Assembly (NCBI GenBank): GCA_904063045.1 | Contig: CAJFCJ010000006.1 | Coordinates: 1,589,601 to 1,653,600, forward strand | Reading direction: 5' to 3' | From: Dimorphilus gyrociliatus | Lineage: Eukaryota; Animalia; Annelida | DNA: 64,000 bases | Part shown: piece after piece, positions 27,079 to 40,869 of the stretch | How positions within the stretch are numbered: the stretch's first letter is position 1 | How the letters are laid out: each line of letters begins with the position of its first letter | Translations under genes and position numbers: made by a program | Notes under the pieces: generated by a model | The model's input: only the letters and a program-made list of their open reading frames with translations | The model's database searches: none | What the model was told of the DNA's origin: nothing

Positions 27079-28605
27079 CTAGAACTACCTTTTGGAAATT
27101 ATGACTAATTCACATATGGGCGTATATATTTATATATATGTATCAAACATATCTATTGGCAACCCTGGGATTGACTTACTTTCGTACCCTATACATTAAT
27201 TGTTACAAATTTATAGGGTAAAAATATCGTGATTAAAAGTCCTACATAACAACCTCGAGGCCTAAATGTGCGTGAGGGGAGTGGTCAATGACAATTCTTT
27301 TATTTTTTTTATTTTTTTTTGTTTAAATACGCCAACGAATAATTTAACAAAGTAAAATAGATCGACGACCTCTCTTCACCTTAATTGCAGGAAAAAAGCT
27401 GTTAAAGTTAGGCCTGTTCAAACGTGCATTCTAACGCTAACCGGAGTATTTTGTTTCATCTAGAGGAGTCACTTCCCTAAGGGAAATATTTTCTTTTTTA
27501 TAAAAAAATACCACAATTCGTGCTCAAATACCGCAAATATCAGAAAAACTTGGGCAATTTCCGGTAATTTTTCTAGATCAAAGCATACCGATTGTTTTTC
27601 GATTGTTTTTCTTATCAGTTTAAGAAATAACATTTTTCAACCTGAAGAGGGTGCTCAACTCATTTTTAAGCCACCAGGTGGCGACAACTAGTGAAGAAAT
27701 AACTGGAGAAAAAAATTCTTTTTCCCACTTTTTTTTTCAAAAATGTTCTAATCCGAAAGATGGCGCCTCGTTACATAAGAACCAATTAATATTACTGTTT
27801 TTTCTTTCTCCTAATTGACAGTGTATAAATAGATGAAATATGAGAGAGTTGGAGACAAAGAAAGCGAAAAGGAAAAAAAGGAAAGAAATCGGATAATGGT
27901 TAAAAGAAAATATCACACTTTTAATTGTAGATAATTAAGAGAATGTAAATAGGAAAAGAAGACAAAATTACCCGACAAATGCAAAGATGTACTTACTCCT
28001 TTAATAAAGAATAAATAATATAGTACGTGCTTATCTAATAATAAATTTTATAACTATATAAGAAGCTGAAATAAGTAGGTATTTACTAAAGGCCTTTATT
28101 TCTCTGTCCCCTCTAATAGTTGTAAATAAATCCCTATTATTGAATGTTACGATTTAGCAAGCCTATTAATCTCTTAAGCAAAAGAGAAAAAAAGTAGAAA
28201 ATAGCACAGAATTGAATAAGATATATGGAAAATAACAGTAAAAGAATTAAATCTAGTTCAAAAGTGTATTCGGAAAAAAATTGTTTCTAGTCAAACGATC
28301 ACAAAAAAAATAATATTAGATTAGTTTTGATTTTTTTCAACAAGATCTGATCATCACAGAACGCTTGACTACATTCCATTTTTATAAATAATACTATTAC
28401 TTCTTGCTTTTGCAAACGAAAAAAATAACACTGCAAACTATATGTCCAATTTGTAGACGATGTCCCAGGAAAAAAAAATTCCACCTAAGTCCTATGTCTA
28501 AAAGAAAAAATAATGAAGGAAAAAAAAAACGTAATAAACTCGCTAACGGACGGACGGACAGAACATCACAGAGATATAAGAATACTGCTTTAATTTCTTT
28601 TCATT

Positions 28606-31600
28606 TTACTTGCGGTACGTTTTGCGTACAGGGGATGAAGTGCGCATTGAAACAGGAGGCGAATGTTGTGGAAATCTTAATGGAGATCTTTGACGTCTCT
28701 TTGGTGAGACTCCAATAGAAGCTCCTAACTTGTTGGCCTCGTGTTCCAGCAGAAGTGAATCGAGGGTTGGATCCCTTGATACGCTCGTCAAAGACTTGTC
28801 CAAAATGTGGCGAAGATCATCCATTTCGTCCGCTTTACGTTCCGATCTGGAAATATACTGTTGTCTCTTTCGCAATTCTTGAGCTAGTTGATCTTTTAGG
28901 GTTGCGACTTGTTCTTCGAGACCTTTTACTCTTTGTCTATGAGCCATTTCTCTAGCTTCGAGAGTTCTTTCAGATGCCAACTGGGCAGAACGGAGACGCT
29001 CGGTTTCCATTTCTGTTTCGGTTCTATGGCGTGTAGTCAAATCGATCAGACGCTGAGCATGCTGTTGTTCTGCTTCTGCAACTTGCGACTGCAAATGTTG
29101 AATTTGTTTTTGTAATTCAATATTGTCTTCTTCTAGTTTAGCAACGCTTCTATCCAAGCTACGACGTTCATTAGCAACGCTCGAGAAGAATTCATCATTC
29201 TTCAATCTCTCTCTTTCCACCTTATCCAAGGTCTTTTTCAGAGCGCTCTTATCCTTCTCAAGGCGCATGGAGGCTTTTTCTACTTCTCTCTTTTCATTCT
29301 CGGAACAAGCAAGCGTTCTTTGCAAACTGATGACTCTTTCACTTAGACCTTGTTTTTCTCCAGTCATTTTCGATAATTTCTGATTCAATTCTTGTTCAGC
29401 CTCTTGTCTTTGTACTAGAGCTGTGTGTTGTTGCCTATTTTGGCTCTCTAATTCAGCTCTTCGTAGTTCTGAATCACCCAATTCTTGTTGAATATTATGG
29501 ATTCTTTCCAAAAGAGCGGCATTTTGCTTCTTCGAATCAGTTAAAGCAGCTCTGGCAGCATCTAAACGTTCTTGTAGAGCTCGTCTATCATGCTCAGAGC
29601 TTGTTAAAGCTCTCTGTAATTGAGCAGAGCGTTGCTGGAGCTCATTCAAAGCAGCTGTTGATTCGTTTAGAGATGAATTCAGTTCTTGGACCTTATCCTT
29701 AACAACAGATTCTTCTTGTTCAGTTCTGGCTAGAGCTCCACTTAGCCTATCGACAGTCAATTGTAAGCTTTGCGACTTTTGGTCACCATCAGCAACTTGT
29801 CTTTGTAAGCTCTCAACTCTTTCGTTCAAGACTTGAACCTCGGTTTCTTTGTCATTAAGAGCTAATTTCTGTCTCTGAAGATCTCCTTCAAGCCCTCTTC
29901 TGATTAATTCGGCTTTAGTTACACGACTTTCTGCGTCGTCAACGGCAATTCTAAGTTGTTTTACTTGTTCATCCAAGCGAGCCTCATTTCTGTTGGTTTT
30001 GGTACACTTATCTTCCAATTGGTTCTTTTCGCTTTCCAAAGCGCTAATTTGACGTTCAGCAGCGCTCAATTTTTCGCCAGTTGCTTTTCTTTCTCTTTCC
30101 ATACGTCTTATAGTTTCTTCTTGAAGCATTAGTGCAGTCTGAGCCGATACAAGTCTACCATCAATTCCTCTCTTGTCCTCTTCAATGTCGGTAATACTCT
30201 TTTGGAGTTGTTGAAGTCTGGTCTCAGCTCTTTCGCGTTCATCTTCGACCTCTTTCAGGTGCTCAACAGCAGAGCGAAGTTGCATATTAGCATCATCCCT
30301 CTCACGTTCGGTGTTGGCTAGCGTCTGGACAAATTGTCTTAGACTAGTTCTAACTGCTTCTGGGTCGATATCGGCAACGCTGAACGAGTTCTCATCAGAG
30401 AATCTTGTAGGTGAATGGGAAGGTGAGCGACGAGGAGAACCAGTTCTTGGAATAGGGCTACCGCGTCCTTCGGTTGTGGTTGCATGAACAGGAGACATAT
30501 TTCTTCTTCTCGGACTTGGGGAGCGAGTTCTACGGAATGGGCTGCCTGGTCTTGAAGGCATTTCTTGTCTGAATCCGATGGTTCTCCTCAGACTGGAGTG
30601 GATTGAAGAGAGTTTGAATTCTACATCTCTTTTTGCCCCTTCCACTCGCGCTAGCTGAGCTTCAAGAGCGTTGACTCTTCCATCTGATGCAGACATTTTC
30701 AGACGAAGCTCTGCCAATTCACCATTTGCGTTCTCTAATGATATTTCCAAATTACGTTGTTGATCCTCATGTTTTCTATCGTTTCTTCTGGCATCCTCAA
30801 GGGCCAATTCATAATCCTTTTGCTTAACCCGCCATTCATCCTCTAATTCTGCTCCCTTTCTTTGACTCTGTGAGAGTTCCTTACGAAGAGCTTCTCTACC
30901 AGCTTCAGTTTCGACCAATTTCTGCTTCAGGTTGAAGCTTTCTCTACGTAGATCTTCTTCGCGTTCTTCCATTCTGGAAATTCTGTTTTCCAATTCTTCA
31001 ATGTCTTTCACCAGCTTATTTCTCTCTTGATCAGCTTGTTTCAATTGTCTGCGAAGCTCTTGTTGTTCTCTACGACCTTCTAAGCGAGCCTTCTCAACAT
31101 CTCTAAGGCTGGCACGAAGTTCAGATGACTCCTTAGCAACAGACATCTTTTGTTCATCTAACATATTATTCTTTTGCTTTTGTTCATGTAGAGCGCGGCT
31201 CAATTCAGTCTTCTCACCTTCGACTGCCTTAACTTTACCCCGAAGCTCCTGGCTTGTCTTTTCAATTGATTCTTTTTCGTGTATTTCCTCTGTGAGAGAA
31301 CGTTTAAGATCCAAGATATCTTTTCTGAGAAGCTCTCTTTGTTCTTCACCTTCTCTATTAGACCTGTTGGAATCTAGTAATTCCCTTCTCAGGGTATCTC
31401 GCGCCTCTTCAACCATTTTGAGATTGGCTTTAAGCTCTGCCGCTTCCTTTAGAAGATTTTCTTTCTGTTTATGGAGATCTGTAACCTGTTTGGTAAGATC
31501 CTTTATTTCTCTATCGAAAACGGATCTATCTCTTTCATTTTGTTGTCGTTGAGCGGACAAATTGTCTTGTAGGTCAACCATTTTCTCTTGATCTTGTTCT

Positions 31601-34600
31601 TGTCTCATAATGGCTTCTCTCTTTGTTCTTTCTAGTTCGGTGTTTAAGTTGCTTAAATCTCTTTGGACGCAAGAGAGTTTCTCAGCCAGAGCACAGCGTT
31701 CTTGTTCAGCCATTGATAAAGCCTGTTGTTTATCGTTTTCAGCTAACAAGAGACTTTCGTCACGTTCCTTTTGGACTGCAATCAATTCATTTTCCAACAT
31801 TTCTTTTTCATTTTCAGTTGCATTAAGAATATCTTCTTTTTCACGATTGAATGCTCTAATTGCTTGCTCTCTTTGAGCTGCTGATTCGTTTCGATTGCTT
31901 TCTAAAAGTTTCGTTAAACGTTCAACATCCTCTTCATGAGTTTGTTGCTCATGTTTTAAAGATAATTGAAGATCCTTCTCAACTTGTTGAAGTTTATTCG
32001 ATACAGCATCACGAGCTCTTTCTAGCCGTTCGATTTCAGTAGCCATCTCCTGCCTTATTCTTGCAACTTCGCCAGACAAATTATCACGTTTAAGCATCAG
32101 CTCTTGATTCTCAAGCTCCAACTGTTCGCGTCTGCTATCCAATCCTCTGTTTGCCTCTTGAACTTCATATAATGTAGTTTCCAAAGCATCCTTATCTTGT
32201 CGGAAAGCAGCAACATTTTCAGAAAGAGTTCTAACTTCTCTTTCAGAAGATGTCAATTGAACGGCTAATTCGGCTTTGTCGTGTGTCAAATCTTCTTTCT
32301 CTTTAGCCATCCTTACAATAGTTTCGCTTAATCTTTCCAACTCCTTTCTGGAGTTTATCAATTCTTCAGCGAGAGCATTCTTTTGTCTGCTGACCGTTCC
32401 AAACTGCTCGGTAAGGTCTGCTCTTTCGCGATTAATTGCTGCTATATCATCTTCCAACCTACTCTTCATTTGCTCGGTCAAATCCAAATTCTGGTTAAGA
32501 CCAGCCTTTTCAGCGTCCAAATCCATCTTTTCTTGTTCAACTTTAAGTAACTCTTCTTGTAGACCGCATTTTTCTTGTTCAACAGCTTTCTTTTGACCAA
32601 GTAAGGAGTTTTTATCTGACTCCAAATGCATAATCATTTTGTTCAAGTCGATCTTATCCTGTGCTAGACCTTCATTCAAATTTTGCAGTTTCGAAAGAGC
32701 ATCTTTAAGTGAAGCTTCCTCGGCTTTCACTTTGTTCAATTCTAATTCAAGATCAGCTTTCTCCAATTCAGCTCGAGAAAGTGCTTCAGCTATTTCACTC
32801 TTCTCTCCGTCAAGCACTTCTTTGTCAAGCGTAACCTTTTGTAGGAGATCCTTTGTCATCACAAGATCCTCCTTGAGTCTACTCATCTTATTTTCGGCTG
32901 CTTCAAGCAGTTTATGGCACCTTTCGTTCTCTCTAACTTGTCTGTCTTTATCTTTAGATATATCATCACGTTCTTCCTCAAGAATATCCTTTTGTCTATG
33001 CAATTCGGCAATATTCGTTTGAAGGCCGTGTAAATCTTCAGTTAGGCTCTCAATTTGTTCATTCTGGGAAGTTCTAATTCTTTCCAGCTGTTCTCTCTCA
33101 GAAGTTACGGAGTTCAAAGCCGATTTGAGTTGTTCATTGGCTCTATTTATTTCGTTCTTATCTCTCAAAATATAGTCACGCTCATCTTTGAGGCTCATGA
33201 CGTTCTGTTCCAACTTCCTTCTCTCTATCTCAGAATTTTCCAAGTCTTTTCTGGACCCATCTACACGATCTTTAGCCGTAGATAATTTGGCTCTCAATTC
33301 ACTAACTTGTAATTGTCGCTTGTTCAAAGCTGCCTGAACTGCATTGAAAGTTGAATCAGCAAAAGATGGCGCTCTAGATGGTGAAAGACTTCGAGTTCCC
33401 GGTGACCGTCCTCTAGCTGACCTTCCAGTACCCCTTCGTGGACTGGTGGAACGTGGTCGCATAACACTGGTCGAAAGATCTGGGTCGAAATCATCTTGCA
33501 TAGATTGGTCAGCATCGTCGATTACCTTTTCGGCAATCTTTCTTAACGCGTCGTGCATAATCTCCGTATCGGTTTCTAGACCAGAAGATTGAAGGGGAGC
33601 AGAAGTTTCTCTGGTGATTGGCCCCTCGATTCTCGAACCCTCCAATTTATTGATCGTTCTCTGCAGTGTACTGATCGTCTTATCCTTTTCGGCCAATTGA
33701 CTCTTCAATCGATCGTTAATCACACCTAATTCGTTCAATCTAGCATTCAAATCGGCGCTCTGCGCGTCAAAACGCGCCTGAAGGTCACTGTTTTCTCTCA
33801 TCCTTTCTCGAATTTCTCTGTCGAGATTAGATTTTTCACCCCGTTCTCTATCCAATTCCAGTTGTGTTTGAGTATCGGCGTTTCTCATATTAGCCGACAA
33901 ATTCAAAGCAGCCGAATGCATAGATCTAGTAGCCCTGTTCAAATCAGACCGAATATGAGACAGATCTCGATCAGTAGCGTTTTTCATGTCTGCGAATTGG
34001 CGTCTGAAAGCGACGACGGCTCTCCATAGCTGTAAGAGTCTAGAATGTTCAGCGGAGAAATACTCGTTGAAAGACTGTTCTTCATCCCTCCATTCGGCTT
34101 CTCTGGCCTCTAATTCCTCTCGGGCTCTTTGCCAGTCAGTGGTTAATTTGTGAATGTCTTGCGTGAGCGTCTGATTGGCGGCTGTTGCTTGGTCCAGCTG
34201 TTCTCTTAACATTGAATTTACGTGCGAAAGACTTGCATTCTTTTGCTGTTCCTCTTCAACTCTGATGAGAGCACTTTCAAGCTCCCCGTTTGAAATATCA
34301 TAACTTGGAACTTGTCTTTGCTGCCTTTTCTCACTTTCCATAGCTCTTATGCGCTCATCAAGTTCTCCACATTTTCTCTTGTATTGCAAGACCTAAGAAA
34401 TAAATTTTTATAACAATTTCTCGAAATAAAAATCATAAATTAAATTGTACATACCTTAGCTTGTAATTTTTGTACTAGTTGACCTTGTTTTTGTTGACCA
34501 TCTTGATAAGCTTGTAATTTGCGTTTATAGCCACTATGATCATCTTCCAAACGTCTTCGAAGTTCGACGTTTTGTTGGAAGAGTGATTTAGAAGAAGGGT

Positions 34601-37600
34601 CGTCGTCGTATCCTACCGACTGCATTCCCAACATTGACTCGAGCTGCAATGAGAAATGAAAAATCGTCCCTTTACTATCGCCCTATCAGCAACGTACGTA
34701 AACATTACACCTAATCGACACGCCAATCAATCGCTAATAAAAAACAGAGATATAACCCCGCTAAAAGTGTCGGAAATCCGTTGATAGATTAACGATAATC
34801 CTGGTTGTCACCCTTACCTGACGATGTGCGTTCAGAAAAGCCGATTCCGACTGAACGTTATCGACCATTAGCAACTAGCGATCAGCCCGAACAAGTTTTG
34901 GCGGAGAGTTTAGGCCTTAGCTAAGGCTGTTCGATAAGTAATCGACTTCGATTTTATATATACGGTTCGAACTGATAGTCAAATATCGATTGGGCTTTCG
35001 ACTTTTTTTTACTAAACAAAATTCTGTAAACTGCCATAGGCGACAAACTCATTTTGTTCATTAAAAATACCTGTTGATGTAGAATTCCTCGATCAATAGC
35101 CTACTAATAATTGATGAAAAGAATACTTAGGCCTTCTTGCTTCTTCGTTTCTACTTGAAAATAATTTGCGTGACAAGAGTTGTTACTGGCAATTTAAAGA
35201 TATTTCTTATTAATAAAAAGTAAAAGAAAAAGAAAAAGGACAAGTGGATGGCCTAAAAGAGCGGCTGGGATTTTTTCATTTTTTATAACTTTCTTACGAA
35301 TTTTTATATATGGAAATTATTGTTTAATTTTTTCCTAGCAAGTAGTTATAAAATATGACCGATGGTCGTCAAACGACTTCGTAAATCGAAGCTGTGCAAA
35401 TTTGTTCGGAAAATATTGTAAGTAAATAACTTTAATGCTATTCAGAGGATTCCATTTCAAGATATACGGACAGTATTATTGAAGACGAGTAGCGCATATA
35501 TGTGACTAGCTAAAAAAAATTTTTCTTAATTGAATACCGCTTATTTGAACGGAATTATTAATGAGAAAGAGGCTATTCAAACTTTCACTAGGCCTTTGTA
35601 GCATTCTTTTCTTTAGTTACGCAATCGTTTTTTTTTCTCCTAGACGGAAAGAGGAATATAATTTTCATAATGCGTTCAATCCGCTAAATAAATATAAAGA
35701 ATATTCGGTTGCAACGTTTAATAGGTTGGCTAGATACACTTAGAACTGTAGAATATATCCACGACCACTTATATACTATTTATTATTTTACAAACGATAT
35801 TTTATACCTAGGGTAGTAATAAAGACGACTTACCCTCTCACTCAAAGCATTATACTTTATGCCGATTTCGTCTCTTTCTGCCCTCGTTGCAGACAAGAGG
35901 TCTTCGACCCTTCCTAATTCTCTTTGAAGCATTTCATTTTCCTCTTGTAGGTGGTCAGAACTTGCCATTTTCTTTCCCTCGCTATTTGCTGAATTTACGT
36001 CCTCAGCAGATAAATTTTTAGTAATAATTTCACGAATCTTTGCCGGAGCTTTCGTGGGTCTGTCGTCGCCTCCCTTTAATAATGGCTGGTCGGTTTCTCT
36101 TAATACTGTATCTTCGAGTTTCTGCAGAAAGTAATAATATCGATTTTTCACACATACATAAACCGTATTTTCGTTAGTCGCACATCAAAGATTCCTAAAC
36201 AAAACGATTACTTGACAGAACGTGCTGATTGAACAGTACAATTGAATCGCATTGTAGGCTAAACTGAAATTATGCAATTTTTTTCGCCCGTGTCCTTATC
36301 AGTTCTCCTATACATTTTCTGACATTGATTAGTTGGTTTTATTGGTAAGACGTGATACACGTTATAAAACAGGCTCCTTAGCAACCACACATAACCAGTG
36401 ACGTCATGTTATCGACTTAATTACAGATCACTTCCGGATTATATCAGGACCTCGATTTATTTCAGTTGTATTGAACGACCAAAACAAGAAGTGCTCTAGT
36501 GAATTGACTTAATTATGGACATTTGCTCGGATTGCAAGCTGTATTGCAGCAATTGACAGTAATTTTGAAAAGCTATTTAATTAGATAGATTTCTACTGTC
36601 TTACTTTGTTTAATTAAAATTAAAAGTTTTGCAACCAGAGGAGCTTTTACTCTTAAGAAGCTATTGAAATGACATAAATACTTATTTATGCAACTTGTAC
36701 GTCGTGATTAGAATGCTAATCCATTAATCCGCTGCTCAAATGCCATTTTTTATATTTTTCTATTACACTTCTTATGTTCATACGCTAATTATCGTTCAAG
36801 GAAAAATTTATTCGATATATTCTCTCAATGCAGTCAAGTTCGACCTTACCTAGCTTGCAAATTTAATAGGAAATTTTTCTGAGCACCAATAAACGAGTAT
36901 TCGAGAATATAAATAATACCAATAATGAATATTTAACAAAAAACTACAATTAATAGGAAACAACGAAAGAATGACTAGTAAAAGATACATAAGCGTTTAA
37001 CAGTTATTTCCCTGGAAAAGGGCGGGATATTTGAAAAAAGCACAAGTTTTTTTTGCCAAAGACTTAACATGTAAACATTTTCCGACCCTTACAATATGGT
37101 ATTTTGGAGCATTATTACGTTAATTATTTATTTATACGTATGCAGTGAACCTAGACGAATGATCAATAAATCTCTCGAGCTTAATAAGCTTGCTTCTAAT
37201 CCCCTAAATCAGAATTGAGCTGGCAAAGGAAACAATAAAGTCAACATAAAATGTATTTGCTTGTAGTTTATCTAGATTTCCAAATTTGACATAGCAGTCA
37301 ATAAAATAATTTACTTAATAACTCATACCTCGAACACGTACTTGAGATACTACGAGACGATGCAAAAGTTGAATAATCTTTGTTATTAACTTGTAAGAAA
37401 CCGTAACTTTTATTCAACTTATTTTCACAAGTAAATATAAGTCAAATAAAAAAAAAAACTACCGCAAGCTTTTTATACAAGGTACTCTTATCGATCTCAA
37501 CTATCGACTTGGACAATTCATGCATAGCACAGTATTTTCTTACCACGATTTTTTTCTTTGTTCAGTCAACGAAAAAGCATTACGCAAAAAATACTTTAAG

Positions 37601-37785
37601 TAAACGCTCCTCTATCGGAATTATCAAATATCATAATCGCAAAGTCAATATATATCGATGAGGACAGATTGAACAGTTTTTAGCTTAAATATTCAAATTA
37701 TTTTTGGCAGATAAAGTCGAAAGTTTTAAAGCAGCCTTACCTGTATGACGCGCTCAAGTCTCGAATCAGGATCGCTACTCGTCAT
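28606..37785 (-). CDS. CROCC: Rootletin (ciliary rootlet coiled-coil protein), 2102 aa; exons 37785-37741, 36121-35834, 34643-34455, 34392-28606
   Basis: N-terminal LERVIQKLEDTVL, rootletin-domain text (LLQLWRAVVAFRRQF), a very long heptad coiled coil, and all-phase-0 canonical junctions. Confidence 0.93.
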
Positions 37786-37991
37786 CCCCTTAGATGGATT
37801 GAACGCATCAAAAATTCATGAACCTCCTTTTTTTTTCCACAGCGACACCTAGAGAGTCGATTTTTTCAGCGTTTATTTATTGAACCTTTCTTTCTTTGCT
37901 GTCAATATTGGAGTTAGGTCTTTAGAGAATAAGACGAGATAAGGCGTGTAAAAATTTAATGCAAAAGAATTCTGAGGTTAATTGAGCGTCC

Positions 37992-38005
37992 GTTGCCAAG
38001 GTAGC
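37992..38005. promoter_or_regulatory. RFX X-box-like element GTTGCCAAGGTAGC upstream of rootletin
   Basis: Close to consensus GTTGCCATGGCAAC, about 200 bp 5' of the ATG of a ciliary gene. Confidence 0.55.
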
Positions 38006-39168
38006 TAGCAGATGATGTCTCAAAGCGACATCTATCGTAAGTTTAAACAGAAACTAAATTCCTTTTGCGTACATAGCCCCCGTCTTAAATATTTAATGGT
38101 GTTTTTCTTAAAACAACATATTATTTCATTTTATTGAATTATATTCTAATCCCCCAGTAAAGTACATATGAAAAGTATTGTCAATTTTTTAATTGGCAGG
38201 TCGATAAATGCGCCATCTATAACAAACGAAAAGGGGAAATCAAAATCAATATTTTAGCGGAGGAGAGATGAAAATTTCATCTAATTAAGGGTGCCGCAAA
38301 TGCAAAAAACATGTCCACAGGCATTTTTAATTGTTTAATTAAAGATATTTCATTGCTGATAATTAATATGAAAAATGGGAGGGAGAGAGAGACAGACAGA
38401 CAGACAGAAAGGAATGGAGGTTGGGAAAAAAAATGCTCAATAATTATTTTGTCGAGTTGAAAGAGATTGCCATTAACCAAATAAGAATTACACTTTTGAA
38501 CAAAAATCAGACTTTAATAATAGAACTATACCGTTAGAAAAAAAAATCAAAAAAGACTTATTATTCACTTATTCATTAAATTAAAACAATCAAATATCTA
38601 ATCATGAATACATTCATACGGAAAAACACTTTAGACAACAATTGAATATTGAGCTGAAAACAATTCCTATTCAATTAATTCTTTACATAGTTCTCTCTAT
38701 TTATATTTCTTTAACTTTTTCTTCTTCTTTATATTAATATAAAAAGTTTATAAGACATGGAAATTGAAGAGAAAGAAATATAAACAAAATAAACACGAAC
38801 GCCACCTATTGTTTACTTAAATAACAAGAAAATTTCTTATTTACTTCACAGACTTGGAGATAAAAACAGCGAATGTCTCATAAGTTTATCGCGACCTCTG
38901 AACATAAAAACATATAGAATTCAAAGTATTAAATTTAATCAGTCTACCCTTGTTTTAGGACTATTTAGCATTTCTAAGATATAATATGAAAGATTAAATG
39001 GAATTTTATAGTAATTTGTCCTAAACTGAAAAAAACAACCAGTATTTTTTTCCAGCTTATGCTAATCTCTTATATTGAATCTGTTCGATACCAAAAGAAT
39101 GTAAATAGAAAACGTCAATAATTTTTTTAAATGTTTATATTCCATATATATTTATAGTATATATACAG

Positions 39169-39205
<37 letters not shown>

Positions 39206-40869
39206 GTGCGTGTATATATACATTTAATACTTGATAAATTTATAGCTTTTGTATCTAGTTTAAGTATGTTATTATTTAACTTTGATGTGAAGAAATAAAA
39301 ATCTATACAAATATTGTTATAATCTATAAAATGTTCAATTTATCTTAGCATTTTTTATTTTTAAAGTTGAATTTTTATATCGTTATATGGATATGGATTA
39401 ATTAAAGAATTAATAGGTAATAAATTTTAAATTGAATATTCTCTGTTGAATGGGAGGGGAAAAATCACTTTTTAATCTTAAATACACATAATCTAGACCG
39501 AATTTCTCTCTAAATTATATATAGATTCAAGAGATTTTGAAAGCATACGAATATGAATAGGGAAAATCGTTCTTCCTTATTATATCGTATTTGCATTATC
39601 TAGAAGGTCACAAAGTTTTCAAGAATATTTGCCTTTATTCGATATTAGTAACCATAAATCGAAAAGAATTTAGTAGAGATTTCTTTAAGTCTTCTAAAGA
39701 TTAACAGATGTCGCTTTGCAGACTTCTCAAAAAGAGGATTGGAAAAAGTTCTTTGTACAAGTATTATCTATGTCTTTAAAAGAATTGACCTATATGGTGC
39801 AGGTTATCGCTTAAGTGTTGTTTTTTTAAGTTTTTGCCTATAAGTTTAAATGAACGAAGAAGCTTCAATTTAGTAATAACTCCCACACCTGATAAACGTT
39901 ATCAGTTTCAATGTGTAATTGCCTCTTTTCCATCCCTAGTATTATACTAAAAATCAAAAGTTTCCATTTTTTATTTTCCCCACCTAGTTTTATGTTTAAA
40001 TTAGAAGCTTCTTCTTTCCATATTTGTATAACTTTCCATATGAGTCGAGTTGCTTCCTTCCGTATTTTCTTCTTTTCTTCATATATTTCTTCACAGATTA
40101 GCTTATAATGTTAAAACGAGAATAATACACTTTTAAAATATACAATATGATCGCTTATTATATTCTAAATGGAATATTTTCATTTTACTATTTATGCTTG
40201 TTCATTCTAGAGATTTCAGTAGCTGAATATTTGATACTTTAAGAGCCGCGAATGCAAAAGGCTATAGTGAAGAGATACTAATTCTCACATTCCTGTACAA
40301 TACGAGAAAAGTTTAACTAATCTTCTTGTGTTTCAAATAATCATCCTTCTGAAGAGATTGAGTATTGAACGTTCTTACTAATTACAAGATTATTTTTTTA
40401 CCAGTTTTCAATAAGAATTTCTCTTAATTGGCGGTTAATTTGAACATCCTATTTCTTGAATATCTTCTCAATAAAGAAACATTCGAATTGTTTGTGTCTG
40501 TGTATGCACATCTTTCTCTCTCTCTCTCTCTTCCTTGTAAATTAATTAAATACTAAAGAATACATTTTTAATAGATATATTTAAGTTGCAAAAAATTAAG
40601 ATAACAGATATTTCTTAATAGGCCTAACAATGCACGAAAGAAAGCGAGTACACAGCGCCGCTGAAACAACTTATCTCCATACCGGCATTTGATTAGAAAA
40701 TTTTGATCGAGAAGGTTTGTTACATGCTGAATAACCATAAAAAACATTATTAACTAATTAATTTTTGCAAAAGCCTTTAACAAAGGCCTTCTACTTTCTT
40801 AAAATGTTTCTAATAATTCAATTAACTTAAATTTCAGAGGAAAGAAAAAAGGAGAAGAAAAAAAAAAAC

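Noticed and set aside
28755-33592. Many plus-strand ORFs opposite rootletin (and similar ones opposite cyclophilin, OTUD5 and the pseudokinase)
   Set aside because: These are antisense shadows of biased coding sequence; the Ser/Leu/Phe-rich translations have no motifs.
36800-37660. Nested same-strand gene in rootletin intron 1 (several GTAAG/GTATG donors)
   Set aside because: Trial splicing hit stops or needed weak sites, and no coherent protein emerged.
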